Assembly: GCF_004010195.1 (NCBI RefSeq)
Contig: NC_057720.1
Location: 18,359,615 to 18,423,614, forward strand
Reading direction: 5' to 3'
From: Chiloscyllium plagiosum
Lineage: Eukaryota
DNA: 64,000 nt
Under the pieces are notes generated by a model. The model saw only the letters and a program-made list of their open reading frames with translations, did not search any database and was not told the DNA's origin. This document shows positions 52,740 through 64,000 of the stretch, in pieces. The first letter of the stretch is position 1. Each line of letters opens with the position of its first letter. Made by a program: the position numbers and the translations under genes.

Positions 52740-53750
52740 TGCAATAGAGAATTTCTGTTATCCTGAACCTATGTCCCTTCTTCCAGATTCCCCAACCATT
52801 CAGTGCCCAGCCTGTCATGTCCCTTTAAAATACTGCATTTTTGAATGATATCACCACTGATTCCTCTAAGGGCAAAATAATACAAACTCAAATTTACTTA
52901 GCCTTGCAACATAAAACAACTCTCCTCCCATGGACCAATCTAATGAACTCTTGCTGAACTGTCTCCAATGCAAGTAAATTCTTGCTTTAAAATATTGAAC
53001 TGTAGTTGAGAAATGACCACACCAAAGCCCTGCATAATTGTAGCAAAACCTTACTTGTGCAATTCAATCTCCTTGGAATAAAAGGTCAACATGTCATTTA
53101 TCTTCCTAATTGTTTATTGTATCTGCATGTTAAACTTTTAAGTACCCAAGTATTTCTGAGCATAATTATTCAGAAGTTTCACAGTTTTAAAAATTATTTT
53201 ACGTTTCTACTCTTTGCAACAAGAGAATAACCTCATTTAGGCATATTTTCCTCCATCTGCTGCCTTGTTGCCTACTCAATTAATCTGTCTATACCTCTTT
53301 TATAGCTGCTGTGCAGCCTCACAGCTTGTATTTGTATCTAGTTTTGTATCATGTGCAAACTTGAATATGTATTTTTTATTTCATGTACACAATTAATCAA
53401 GATTATAAATAACTGAGGCACCAACTTTGCTCCTTGTAGCACTCCAATAGTCACAGCCTGACAGCTTGAAAAAGCTCAATACTATACGAGTGTAGTGCCA
53501 GTGTCCCTGCTGTTGGGCGAATACTTCCCTGGTTCAAATCCCACCTGCTCCTAAGGTGTGTAACAATGTCTCTGAACTGGTTGATTAGAAAATAAATATT
53601 CCAATCTTGGCTTCTTATTCATTAACCAATCATCAATCATGCTAATCAATCATCAATATCAACTCCTACTCCAGAGCCCTTATCCTGGATATAAACCACT
53701 TGGAAGTCACCTCATCGAAAGCCCTTTGGCAGTCCAAGTGCTCCATATCT
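52740..53750 (-). mobile_element. Degenerate CR1 RT/3' fragment with a short tRNA-SINE insert (about 53480-53597, +)
   Basis: Reverse-complement CR1 RT remnants; the insert contains the B-box ggttcaaatccc. Confidence 0.6.
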
Positions 53751-54331
53751 ATATGTATTTAGAATCCTGAAGAGATAGGTCACTGTTCCAATGGTTGAGC
53801 ATTCTAGAATGAGGGACTTAGATATGGCATCAAATTAAGAGCAGGAAATAAAAAAGGTTTTTATACAGAGAACTGAAATTGTGGAAGGCACTTTTTTCTC
53901 ATGTACATATCCAATGAAATGTAGACCTGCCAGCATAACATCAGTGATGGTTAAAAATGAAATTCCCTACTAAAAAGGGAGGGGAAAAATACTAGAAACA
54001 AGAACTAGAAGATATAATTCTAAACCTGCAAAAGAACCTTCCATCGGCTGAACAAAATGCTACATGCAATTATATTGTGAGAGATACTGGAGAGGATGCA
54101 GAAAATATTTACAATGATGGTACCAGAGGATACAGAAAGAATGGTTCCTTTTGCAGGAGAGCATTGCTATAGGCCGTTAACAGTATAAACTTCCTTACCT
54201 AAGTAATGGCGGTAATGTGGAACTTGGTATTAAAATGACCCGTGAATTTAAGTCAAAAGTCTAGACAATCACATAGAAGGAAAAAGCAAACAGGGAGGAG
54301 GCTGGAATGTTGACTCGGCTGACAGAGCGAG

Positions 54332-55095
54332 AACTGCAGACGGTGGTGATCAGAGTGGAGTGTGGTGCTGGAAAAGCACAGCTGGTCAGGCTACCCTCCC
54401 CTCCCGGCACAATCTCCTGCCGATGCAAGAATTGCAAAATCTGCACCCACACCTCCCCCTTTACCTCTGTCCAAGGCCCCAAAGGAGTCTTCCACATCCA
54501 CCAGAGATTTACTTGCACTTCCACACATCGTTTACTGTATCAGTTGCTTCTGATGTGGTCTCCTCTACTTTGGGGAGGCAGGACGCCTCCTTGCAAAGCA
54601 CTTCAGAGAACAGCTCCGGGACAAAACACACAAAACCCCACCACTCCGTGGCTGAACACTTGAACGCCCCCTCTCACTCTCCCAAAGACATGCAGGCCCT
54701 GGGCCTCCTCCATTACCAAACTTTTACCACCTGACGCCTGGCAGGAGGAACACCTCATCTTCTGCCTTGGGACTCTCCAACCACAAGGGATCAATATGGA
54801 TTTCAGTTTCCTCATTTCCCCCTTCTTCCCCCCCCCCACCCCCCACCTTATTCCAACTCGGCACTGCCCTCGTGACCTGTCTATCTTCCTTCCCATCTAT
54901 CCACTGCACCCTCCTCTCCGACCTATCCCCTTCACCCCCACCTTCATATACCTATTGCATTCCCAGCTTCCTTCCCCCCTCCCATTTATCTCTCAGCCCC
55001 CTTGGCCCGCAAACCCCATTCCTGAAAAAAAGAGTTTATGGTCCAGACGTTGATTCTGCTACTCCTCGGATGCTGCCTGAACTGGCTGCGCTTTT
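54332..55095 (+). mobile_element. PLE 3' fragment (Cys-rich linker, GIY-YIG endonuclease, pLTR) with a short inverted pLTR at its 5' end
   Basis: GTISCRCKNCKICTHT..QGPKGVFHIHQRFTCTS, YCISC, HSVAEHLNAPSHSPKDM; gctggaaaagcacagctggtcagg at about 54368 is inverted relative to about 55075-55080. Confidence 0.85.
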
Positions 55096-55214
55096 CCAGC
55101 TGCACACTCTTGACTGCCAACTCAATTGGCTGGGCTAAAGTATTCTGCTTCTGTGCTGAATATCCTACATATGCAACTTTAATTAAAGGTCAGTGGGGAA
55201 AATAGATACATAAT

Positions 55215-55435
55215 CATATAGAATAGAAACAGACCCTTCGGTTCAACTAGTCCATAGCGACCATGTTCCCACCTGCCTGCGTTCAGCCCATATCCCTCCA
55301 AGCCTTTCCTATTCAGGTATAAATCCAAACATCTTTTAAGTATGTGAATTCTACCTGCATCCACCACTTCCTCTGGCAGTTCATTCTACACTCACCATTC
55401 TGCCTAAAATAGTTGTCCCTCATGTCCTTTTTAAT
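55215..55435 (-). mobile_element. CR1 3' end
   Basis: aaacagacccttcggttcaac tail; LKRCLDLYLNRKGLEGY. Confidence 0.75.
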
Positions 55436-56821
55436 TCTGTAACTAAGACTCATAAGCTGTTTTCAGAAGGGATTACATTGACATCATCTTGGTTCATAAT
55501 ATCCAAAATGTATCAATAGCAATAGGAGAATTTATTTTCTTAAATAATACTTCAGCATAAACTAGTCAGCCAGTGGTGTTTCACACACTTGGTTAGCTGC
55601 TCGAAATTCGTGACAGAGTAGGTTAAACACTGATCAGGGAACACAAGGCAGAATTATGCCAACGCACAAAATGAAAGCCCAGTGTAAAGCCAATATGCAG
55701 ATTTTTGAATTTATGTATGTTAAAGTAGACTTAGCATTTAATGTCAAATTTTCATCTTTGAAAAATGGCGAGCTCCTGCGTATATTTATGACAGTGGTAC
55801 TTTTATACTACATTGTGGAAATGGTATTTCGTACTTTGCTTCAAACTTACTTATACGTACATACGCGGAGGGAAATCAGGATCAATTATCTGAATAGCCA
55901 ATGCAAATTATGGTGATGGTGAACAAAATCCAGCCAAGGCAAAGGACACAACAAGGCGCCCTGAACATAATTCTTTCCAGATAATGCTGCAAAGTTTTAA
56001 TACACTTGCCTCAGCGGAACATGTTGTGGGAAGCTGACTTGTGCTTTGTGCCACTTTTGGCTGCTTAAATGCAAGATTAATGCTCAAGCTGAAATTACCA
56101 TTTTATTTTAGCTAAGGCATGAGCTTCAAATTGCAAATGCAGACCATAAAACAAAAGGGGTGCTCAAATTTGCAAGAGTAAGAACACATGTAAAAAGTGA
56201 CAACTGTTGTTAACATTTTATCTGTTTGACCAGGACTAAACATCGACAGAGATCTCTTCAAGAACAAAGTGGAGGGCACCAGAAAGAGGGGTCACATAAA
56301 TGCATGACATACTACAAAATATTTTCAGACAATCTACCACAAATGCAAGAGGATGGCAAAAAACAGGTAAGTGTGACATACCATCATGTAGCTTTAAAAG
56401 GTCATTTTGTTCTGGTTTCTTTTGAAGAGAGGTTGGGAGGCAGAGGTATGCAACAATCTAGGGTAATGTAAACAGCTTGGGAGGCCTTGCGTTTTTAAAA
56501 AAAATGCAGACTGATTAGGTGTGGCTAGCTCTCTCATATCTAGATCTCTGGGTTTTGACTTTGTTAGTAGCCTCAAAAACTATTTATGTCGCAGCGTTGG
56601 AACCTTCTGTGAAGATCTCCTGGCTGCTACTCTCACTGAATATTCTTTGTGCTTTTTTCCTTCCAGGACAGGAGAACTGCATGTGAGAATCGGTGTCTGA
56701 CTTTTCCTTCTTGCCAAGGAGCATGTTTATGGGACGTTTATTATATTGGAATAGTTAATTTGTAATAATTACTGTATCTGTTATACTGTTAGGTTTCCAA
56801 TAGAGTTTACACATTCTCATG

Positions 56822-57038
56822 GTGCCTGCGCAAGTTTCCTCCCACAATCCAAAGAGGTACAGGTTAGGTGGATTGGTTATGCTAAATTGCCCATAGCATC
56901 CAGGGATGTGCAGGCTAGGTGGTTAGGTATAGGAAATGCAGGGTTACAGCGATGAAATGGATCTGTGTGGGATGCTCTTCAGAGGGTCACTATGGACCCG
57001 ATGGGCTGAATGACTTGCTTCCACACTACAGGGATTTT
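56822..57038 (+). mobile_element. 5'-truncated HE1/V-SINE
   Basis: gtttcctcccacaatccaaaga V-domain and tail. Confidence 0.75.
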
Positions 57039-57169
57039 AAATCATACTCTTAAGTACATCAGGGTAATAGAATGCAGAATGTAGTGTTACAGAGAAGGTG
57101 CAGAGAAAGACAAACTCTATGACAAGTCCATTCAAAAGTCTGATAACAGTGGGGAAGAAGCTGTTCTTG

Positions 57170-57252
57170 CGCTTTTGCCCGAAACGTCGATTTTGCTGCT
57201 CCTTGGATGCTGCCTGAACTGCTGTGCTCTTCCAGCACCACTAATCCAGAAA
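57170..57252 (+). mobile_element. 83-bp truncated PLE pLTR insertion
   Basis: gcttttgcccgaaacgtcg...ggatgctgcctgaac; exact 15-bp duplication aagaagctgttcttg at 57155-57169 and 57253-57267. Confidence 0.78.
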
Positions 57253-57511
57253 AAGAAGCTGTTCTTGAATAGGGTTTTCAAACTTTGCAATTTCTGCCTG
57301 ATGAAAGAGGGTGGAAGAGGAGGGTGGGAGGGGTCTTGGATTATGTTGGCTGCTTTCCCAAGGCAGCGATAAGTACAGAGTCAACGGAAGGAAGGCTGGG
57401 TTGAGAGATGGGCTGGGCTGTGTTCACAACTCTAATTTCTTGCAGTCTTGGGCAGAACAGTTGCCATACCAAGCAGCTGAAATTGATACAGACTATGGTA
57501 CATTTATAGAA

Positions 57512-59205
57512 CAGAAGAGTCAACAATTCGAGCTTAAGCTCTTCATCAGGAATGAGGGGTGGTCCAAGGGGGCTGAGAGATAAATGGTAGGGGGTGGGGC
57601 TGGGGAAAGGTAGCTGGGAATGTGCAAGGTAGATTACGGTAGGGGTGAAGGTGATAGATTGGAGAGGAGGGTGGAGCGGATAGGTGGGAAGGAAGATAAA
57701 CAGGTAGGACCAGTGCCAAGTTGAAAGGTGGATCTGGGATAAGGTGTTGGGGGGGAAAAGGAGAAATGAGAAAACTGGCAAAATCCACACTGATGCCATG
57801 TGGTTGGAGGGCCCCAAGACAGAAGATGAGGTGCTGTTCCAGGTGTCGGGTGGCTAAGATTTGGTGGTGGAGGTGGCCCAGGACCTACATGTCCTTGGCA
57901 GAGTGGGAGAGGGAGTTGAAGTGCTCAGTCACAGGGCAGTGGGATTGTTTCGTAAGTGTGTCCCGGAAATGTGGTCTGAAACTTTTTGCAAGTTAGCGCC
58001 CTGTCTCCCCAAGGTGATTGGAGGGGTGGTTCAAGGGTGGAGCTGTGGGAAGTGGAGGAGATGCACTGGAGGGCATAGTTGACTACGTGGGAGAGGAACC
58101 CATGTGTTCCAATCTCAACAAGGACAGAAGCCCTCTGGTCCTCACCTTCCACCTCACCAGATACATTGCATCATCCTCCTACACTTCCACCGCCTCCAAA
58201 CAAACCCCACCACCAGGGATATATTTCCCTTCTCACTCATGTGTGCGTTCCAGATGGACTATTCCCTCCATGACTCCCTTGTTAGGTCCATGTGCCCTAC
58301 CAATCCACCTCCCCTGTCACAAGTGCAAAACCTGCACTCACACCTCCGCCCTCACCTTTGTCCATAGCCACAAAGGATCCTTCCACATCTAGGGTCTAGA
58401 TTAGAGCGGTACTGGAAAAGCGCGGCAGTTCAGGCAGCATCCGAGGAGCAATAAAAATCGACGTTTTTACCTGAAGGGCTTTTGCCTGAAACATCGATTT
58501 TACTGCTCCTCAGATGCTGCCTGAACTGCTGTGCTTTTCCAGCACCACTCTAATCTAGACTCTGGCTTCCAGCATCTGCAGTCATTATTTTTACCTATCC
58601 TTGCACATCTGACAGATTTACCTGTACTTCCACACATGTCATCTACGGTGTCTGTTGCTCTCGATTGGTCTCCTCTACATTGGGGAGACAGGATGCCAAC
58701 TTGCAGAACATTTCAGAGAACATCTCTGGGACACACGCACTAATCAACCACACTACACTGTGTGACTGAACACTTCAACTCCCTCTCCCACTCTGCCAAT
58801 GACATGCAGGTCCTGGGCCGTCTCCACCACCAAATCCTAGCCACCCGACATCTGGAGGAAGAACACCTCATCTTCCACCTTGGAAGGCTCCAACCACACA
58901 AGATCAATGTGGATTTCACCAGTTTCCTCTCCCCCCCCCACCTTACCCCAGATCCAACCGGCACCGCCCTCTTGACCTGACCATCTTCCTTCCTATCTAT
59001 TGCATTCCCAGCTACCTTCCTCCCAGCCCCACTCCTCTCCCATTTCTCTCTTAGCCCCCTTGGGCCACCTCCTAATTGCTGAAGAGTTTAAGTTTGAAAC
59101 GTCGATTCTCCTACTCCTCGGATGCTGCCTGACTGACTGTGCTTTTCCAGCACCACACTCTTCAACTCTGATCTCCAACATCTACAGTCCTCACTTTCTC
59201 CTCGG
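57512..59205. mobile_element. PLE with an inverted duplicate 3' end (minus arm about 57515-58110, plus arm about 58110-59205)
   Basis: Plus: NKDRSPLVLTFH, CHKCKTCTHT and TEHFNSLSHSANDMQVLG..LEEEHLIFHLGRLQPHKINVDF; the same GIY-YIG end is on - at about 57720-57960. Confidence 0.85.
58391..58596. mobile_element. Fold-back PLE mini-element nested in the PLE
   Basis: gtctagattagag...ctctaatctagac palindrome at 58394-58560; 14-bp duplication atcctt(c/g)cacatct at 58377-58390 and 58597-58610. Confidence 0.8.
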
Positions 59206-60894
59206 TGAAAATGCCAAGAGTCATTGTGGCCATGCTGAATTTCCTGAGCCTCCTGAGGCAGTAGAGATGTCAGTGCGCTTTCTTGAATGAAATGTTGATG
59301 TGGATGGATGGATGGATGGATGGATCAGAATAGATTGTTGGTGATATTTACTTCTAGGGTCCTCAAACTCTTGACCACCTCAGTACCACTGATACAGACA
59401 GGCAAGTGTCGTCCACTCCACTTCCTGATGGAGATGACCAGCTCTTTCATTTTGGTGATATTGAGGGAGGGATTATTGTCTTTACACCATACCACTGAGC
59501 TGTCTCTTTCCTGTAGTCCGTCTTGTAGTTTGTTTGAGATCCAAATCACTATGGTGGTGTCATCAGGAAATTTATTAAATGGAATTGGAGTTGAATTGAG
59601 CCACACAATTGAGCGAGTATAAGGAGTATAGTGAGGGGCTGAGTACGCAGCCTTGGGGGGCACCAGAATTGAAGGATTGTTGTGAAGGTGTTGTTGCCTG
59701 CCCTTACTAGTTGTCGTCTGCAGGTCAGGAAATCAAGGACCCAGATGCTGAGGGAGAGGCAGAGGCAGAGTCCTAGGTCTCAGAGTTTGGAGAGGAGTTT
59801 GACTGGAATTAGGATGAAGGCAGAGCTAAAGTCCACAATCAAAAGGAGTGTCTCTGTTAATAAGATGTTCCAGGGATGAGTGTAGAGCCGGGGAGATGTC
59901 GTCTGCCACGGACCAGTTGCAACAGTAGGCAAATTCTAATGGATCAAGGCAAACTGGGAGGCTGGAGGTGGTGTGTGCCATTACTAACCCCTCTAAGCAT
60001 TTCATAATGATGGATGTCAGGGCCACCAAGTGGTAGTCATTCAGGCATCTTAGCTGATTTTTCTTTTAAATGGCATAGTCAAAGTATAGAACTTGATTTA
60101 AAGTGTGTATGGTCCTATAACATTCCCTGAATAATTCACTGCAGTGAAATAAATGTCAGAAACCATAACATTCAGGTAGAAGGGATAATATTTCTGAAAG
60201 CGTCCGTGTAGTACAAATGGCTCAAATGTTCTTGCCCTCAATGTTAACAAACTGAAGACTGCAGAAGAAATTGCATTTTGTAAGCCCAGTCATTACTGGC
60301 ATTTAAAACTATTGATGTTGTTGGAAGTTTATGTTCCACTTGTTTAAAGTTATCCACATCACCATAACCGCAGATATGGATGCAATGTGTGCATGTGCGC
60401 ATGAGAATGTGCAAGAGAGCGAGATTGGGGTTTTATCACATTAGCTGAAATCAAAGAGTGTAAATAAAGCAAAACTGCAACATTAGCTAGTGTGTTAATG
60501 TGAAACTAAAAATTGTTTGATTAAAACTCATTAATGATCAGTGAGAAAAGTGAAATCAAAACTGAAATTTGAAGCCCATGTCATGCTTTGTGGATAAAAA
60601 TTGTTCTAGACAACGATTGGAAAAAAAATAAATCAAAAATCCAGGTGAAAAAAAAATCAAAGGTAAACAATCTGCAAAGAAAATTTGGATCATGAGCAAG
60701 TTGCATGGAAGCGATTGCACAAATCATTCAAAATACAAAATGTTAAAAGCATTCATAACTATGGAGGAATAGGTTTTAATTTTGCTTTAGGCAAAACTTG
60801 GGAAATCAGACATCAACTTCTGGTGAGTGCATATTTGAGGGACACTCTGAAATCATGAATCATGTCTAAGTTACTCTCCCACATTAGAAGATTC

Positions 60895-61320
60895 ATGATG
60901 CTATTTATACTCTATGGAATTTAGAAGAATGGGGGGGGGGGGTGAAATCTAAAGAAACATACAGAATACTGAATGGCCTAGACAGAGTGGATATTGGGAA
61001 GATGTTTCCATTGGGAGAAGAGACTAGGACCCGCCAGCACACAGCCTTAGAGTACAAGGAAGACCTTTTAGAACGTGGATAAGGAGAAACTTCTTCAGCC
61101 AGAGAGTGGAGAATATATGGAATTCACTACCACAGAAGGCTATGGAGACCAGGTCATGAGTATATTTAAGACAGAGATAGACAGGTTGTTGAGTATCAAG
61201 GGTTATGGGGAGAAAGCGGGAGAATAGGACTGAGAAAGTTATCAGCCATGATCGAGTGGAAGAGCAAACTCGATGGGCTGAATGGCCTAAATTTCTGCTC
61301 CTATGCCTTACGATCTTATT
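60895..61320 (+). mobile_element. CR1 3' end
   Basis: ggaatttagaagaatg...aggagaaacttcttcagccagagagtgg...gggctgaatggcctaa. Confidence 0.8.
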
Positions 61321-63639
61321 ATTTGGCTGAGAGAATCAGCACCAACTCGGGGAATGGATCCTTACTAGATACCCACTACATAGTCCAAAAAGTGGTCTTA
61401 TCCATGACAGTATAAGTGACATGGTAGAAACATTATGAATCTTAAATAGAGTTATTTGGTATTAGAGATGCATGGAATTTCATTCCTTCAGATTGAAGTT
61501 GTTGGAGATTATAGACATTTAAAATTTTTAAAATTGTCTCTCTGATTCTTCTTTTGGCTTTTTGTTTGTGACAAAGTACCTGTACATGGTTCTGCAAATG
61601 TGAATACAAAATGTCATGTCTTACACACCACACAGGTGGAAGACAAAAAACAGCAACATAACAATCTTGTTTAAGAAGGGAGTGAAAGGTAAGCCAAATA
61701 ACTATCAAATCAATTAATCTAATATTAGATGTGGGCAAATGATTAGGATGCAAGTTTCCAATGGAAACTTGCATCCAAGTGTTCAGTCAGTGGAGTAGCT
61801 GCAGAAAACCTGACAAAAATAGTGTAAATCTCTACAAATCTAAAATGTAAATATATATCCGTGACATCCCTTTTAAACATGGTGTAGAAAACACTGACCA
61901 AGCGAAATATATAATGGGGGTTAAAGTGCTCATTGCAACAATAAATCATGCAAATAAAACTGATGATCCTAATAGATGATTTATATCCTAAAATCACTTA
62001 GGGTTTAAATGTGAGCCCAGTTTTGAACTAAAGTAATAGGATGATTAAATTACTACTTTACTGGGTAGTATCGGTCAGCTGAAGTTCACTTACCTATTAG
62101 AAAACCAGCCTGTTTTTTTTTCGAAAATGAGATTTAGTTCCAAATCAAAGACCGTCTCTGTAAGGCTGCTACACAGCCCTCCCAATTGAAAATAGGAATC
62201 AATGATCTGTTTAATGCCATTATAAATATATATTTCATGAGCTATAATGCTGATCAGACTTAGAATTTCACCAGTGATGCATCTACCTACATTTTTGTGC
62301 ACATCATTCAAAAATCAACATGTGCATTTTTGTTGAAAATAAAGCAGCAAAAAGCATTGGTTGAAAATAATCTAACAAATGGGGCTAAAATATCAAAACT
62401 TCAATTCTTTACGAAGACAACTTCAACTTTTTACTTGATCTTTTCATCCACTTTTTTGCATTTTGACCACTACCCAAGGCTGACAATTGAAAATGATGTT
62501 CCAAAGATTTATCTTGTTCCTTCTTCTTTACTTGCTTTTGCTGCCTCAAAGGGTTGCACTCATTGTTTTCCAAATCAAGCGCTTATTCTACCATCAGCTT
62601 ATGCACTGGATGTTGATAGATACATCAAGTGTATGTGTAAGGAGATTGCAAACATCTTTGGAATAAAGAAAGTGAAGGAAGTGGACAGATGTGAAGATAC
62701 ACAGCAAAAAAAAAAGTATACAGGTATACTGCAGTAGTAACTTTATACTGACAATCAACAGGTAAATTACACATTTCTCACATCACTGTAACAAAACACA
62801 AGACAACATGTGACCTGCAGAGAAATAGCTATGAAATAAGTGACCAGGAGCATTAGTTGAAGGATTACTAATCGCCATTCCACTAACAAAACTATACTGC
62901 TCTTCTTTAAATATGAAAAAGGTCAAAACATTTATCATGTCCATTTGACAGAGACCACCTGGAGTTAAATGTCTCATCCTAACATTTCCAGCACCTTCCA
63001 ATTGAAGATGGCAAGACAGGTTAAGACAGTCACTAATAAAGCACGCTATCCAGAGCTTTATCAGTAAGAGTACAGAGTAGAAAAGCAAGGAAGCTAAAAT
63101 TGCACAGAATAATGGTCTTTTAAAGCGGAAGAGAAACAAGAGTGTGGATTATGGCCCAAGTTCTGAAACCAAGCTTGAACCCACAACCTTCTCACCCAGG
63201 ATTCATTGTAACATGGTTGACAGGATCATCAATTGCACAAGATAACTGCTCATTGTGCAATGCTAAGCAAGATCACATCAGGTTGAATAGCATTGAGTTA
63301 ATCTCTCTTGCGGATCCAAAAAGACACCTGAAAACTTCAACAATTTTAAAAAAGTTCAGTTAACGGATTTAAATAAAAAGAACCACGTGAACTAAATTCC
63401 TTATTTCAAAGCTTTATTTCTTTTCTTGACTTTATCATAAACTTTCCATGAGCTCCCTCTATGAGGAGATTTAAATAGCTTGCAGCTGATGGCATAATTA
63501 AAATCCCTCAAGTCATTTAAAAACAATCAATCATTCTCAACCATTCAATAAAATGTTGCTCAAGACCAGAGAGAAAATAAAAAGGGACTAGCCTTTCGGT
63601 TATGAAGTTGACTGTGACAGGAAACAAAGCAGTGATGAA

Positions 63640-63727
63640 CGAACAAAAACTGCAGATGCTGGAAATCAGGAACAAAAACAGAAAATGCTGGAAAGACTCA
63701 GGAGATCTGGTAGCATCTGAAGAGAAT
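63640..63727 (-). mobile_element. PLE tail fragment (family of 4649-4865)
   Basis: aaaaacagaaaatgctggaaagactcaggagatctggtagcatctg matches the left arm at about 4655-4705. Confidence 0.6.
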
Positions 63728-64000
63728 AGATTAGTCTTTATTGTCACATATACTCAATGAGTACTGTTTATACGTTGCCTATTACAGCGCTAACGCAGAT
63801 ACAAAAGTACCGCTTTTGTTAAAAGATTTGTTAGAGAAATAAAACGTCAAGCATTACAGAAAACAGTACAGTATACATGCTGGCACTTAGCTTCCAGTCT
63901 GTACCAAGCTCCGACTCCACACTATGTCAGCTGGCCCGTACGGGAGCAGGCCACTGCAGGAGGCCAGAAGGCCGCCATGCCAGGCCAGGAGGCACCTACA

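Larger units (their letters stand above)
57060..60055 (-). mobile_element. Rex1/Babar-type LINE RT and 3' region, split by nested PLEs
   Basis: VALTSIIMKCLEGLVMAH..LDPLEFAY..ALHSSLEHL and KFPDDTTIV..VVWCKDNN..NITKMKELVI (59325-60029); 3' part at 57060-57510. Confidence 0.8.

Noticed and set aside
55845..55970. Possible alternative DIPK1A first exon (gtaagt donor on -, short hydrophobic ORF, octamer ATGCAAAT)
   Set aside because: The ORF stops before the donor and does not resemble the DIPK1A N-terminus; such motifs are expected by chance.

Overview
This is eukaryotic (vertebrate) genomic DNA. Its repeat set (HE1/V-SINEs, CR1/HER1-type LINEs, Penelope-like elements) points to a shark or other elasmobranch; this is an inference. 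Two genes converge tail-to-tail. The last four coding exons of ribosomal protein L5 (RPL5/uL18) are on + at 2631-12741. Coding exons 2-5 of the divergent protein kinase DIPK1A/FAM69A are on - at 48954-26643. RPL5 exons 1-4 and DIPK1A exon 1 were not found and probably lie outside the window. Most of the remainder is nested, decayed transposon sequence: CR1, L2, Rex1/Babar, SINEs, Tigger-like MITEs and candidate solo LTRs. The most interesting structure is a set of Penelope-like element (PLE) derivatives from at least three families. Many are fold-back (inverted-arm) insertions with 11-15 bp target duplications, and they carry minimal type I hammerhead ribozyme motifs; three have intact core strands. 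Most ORF-track entries are repeat-derived or spurious. Exon coordinates were read from splice sites; repeat boundaries are approximate.
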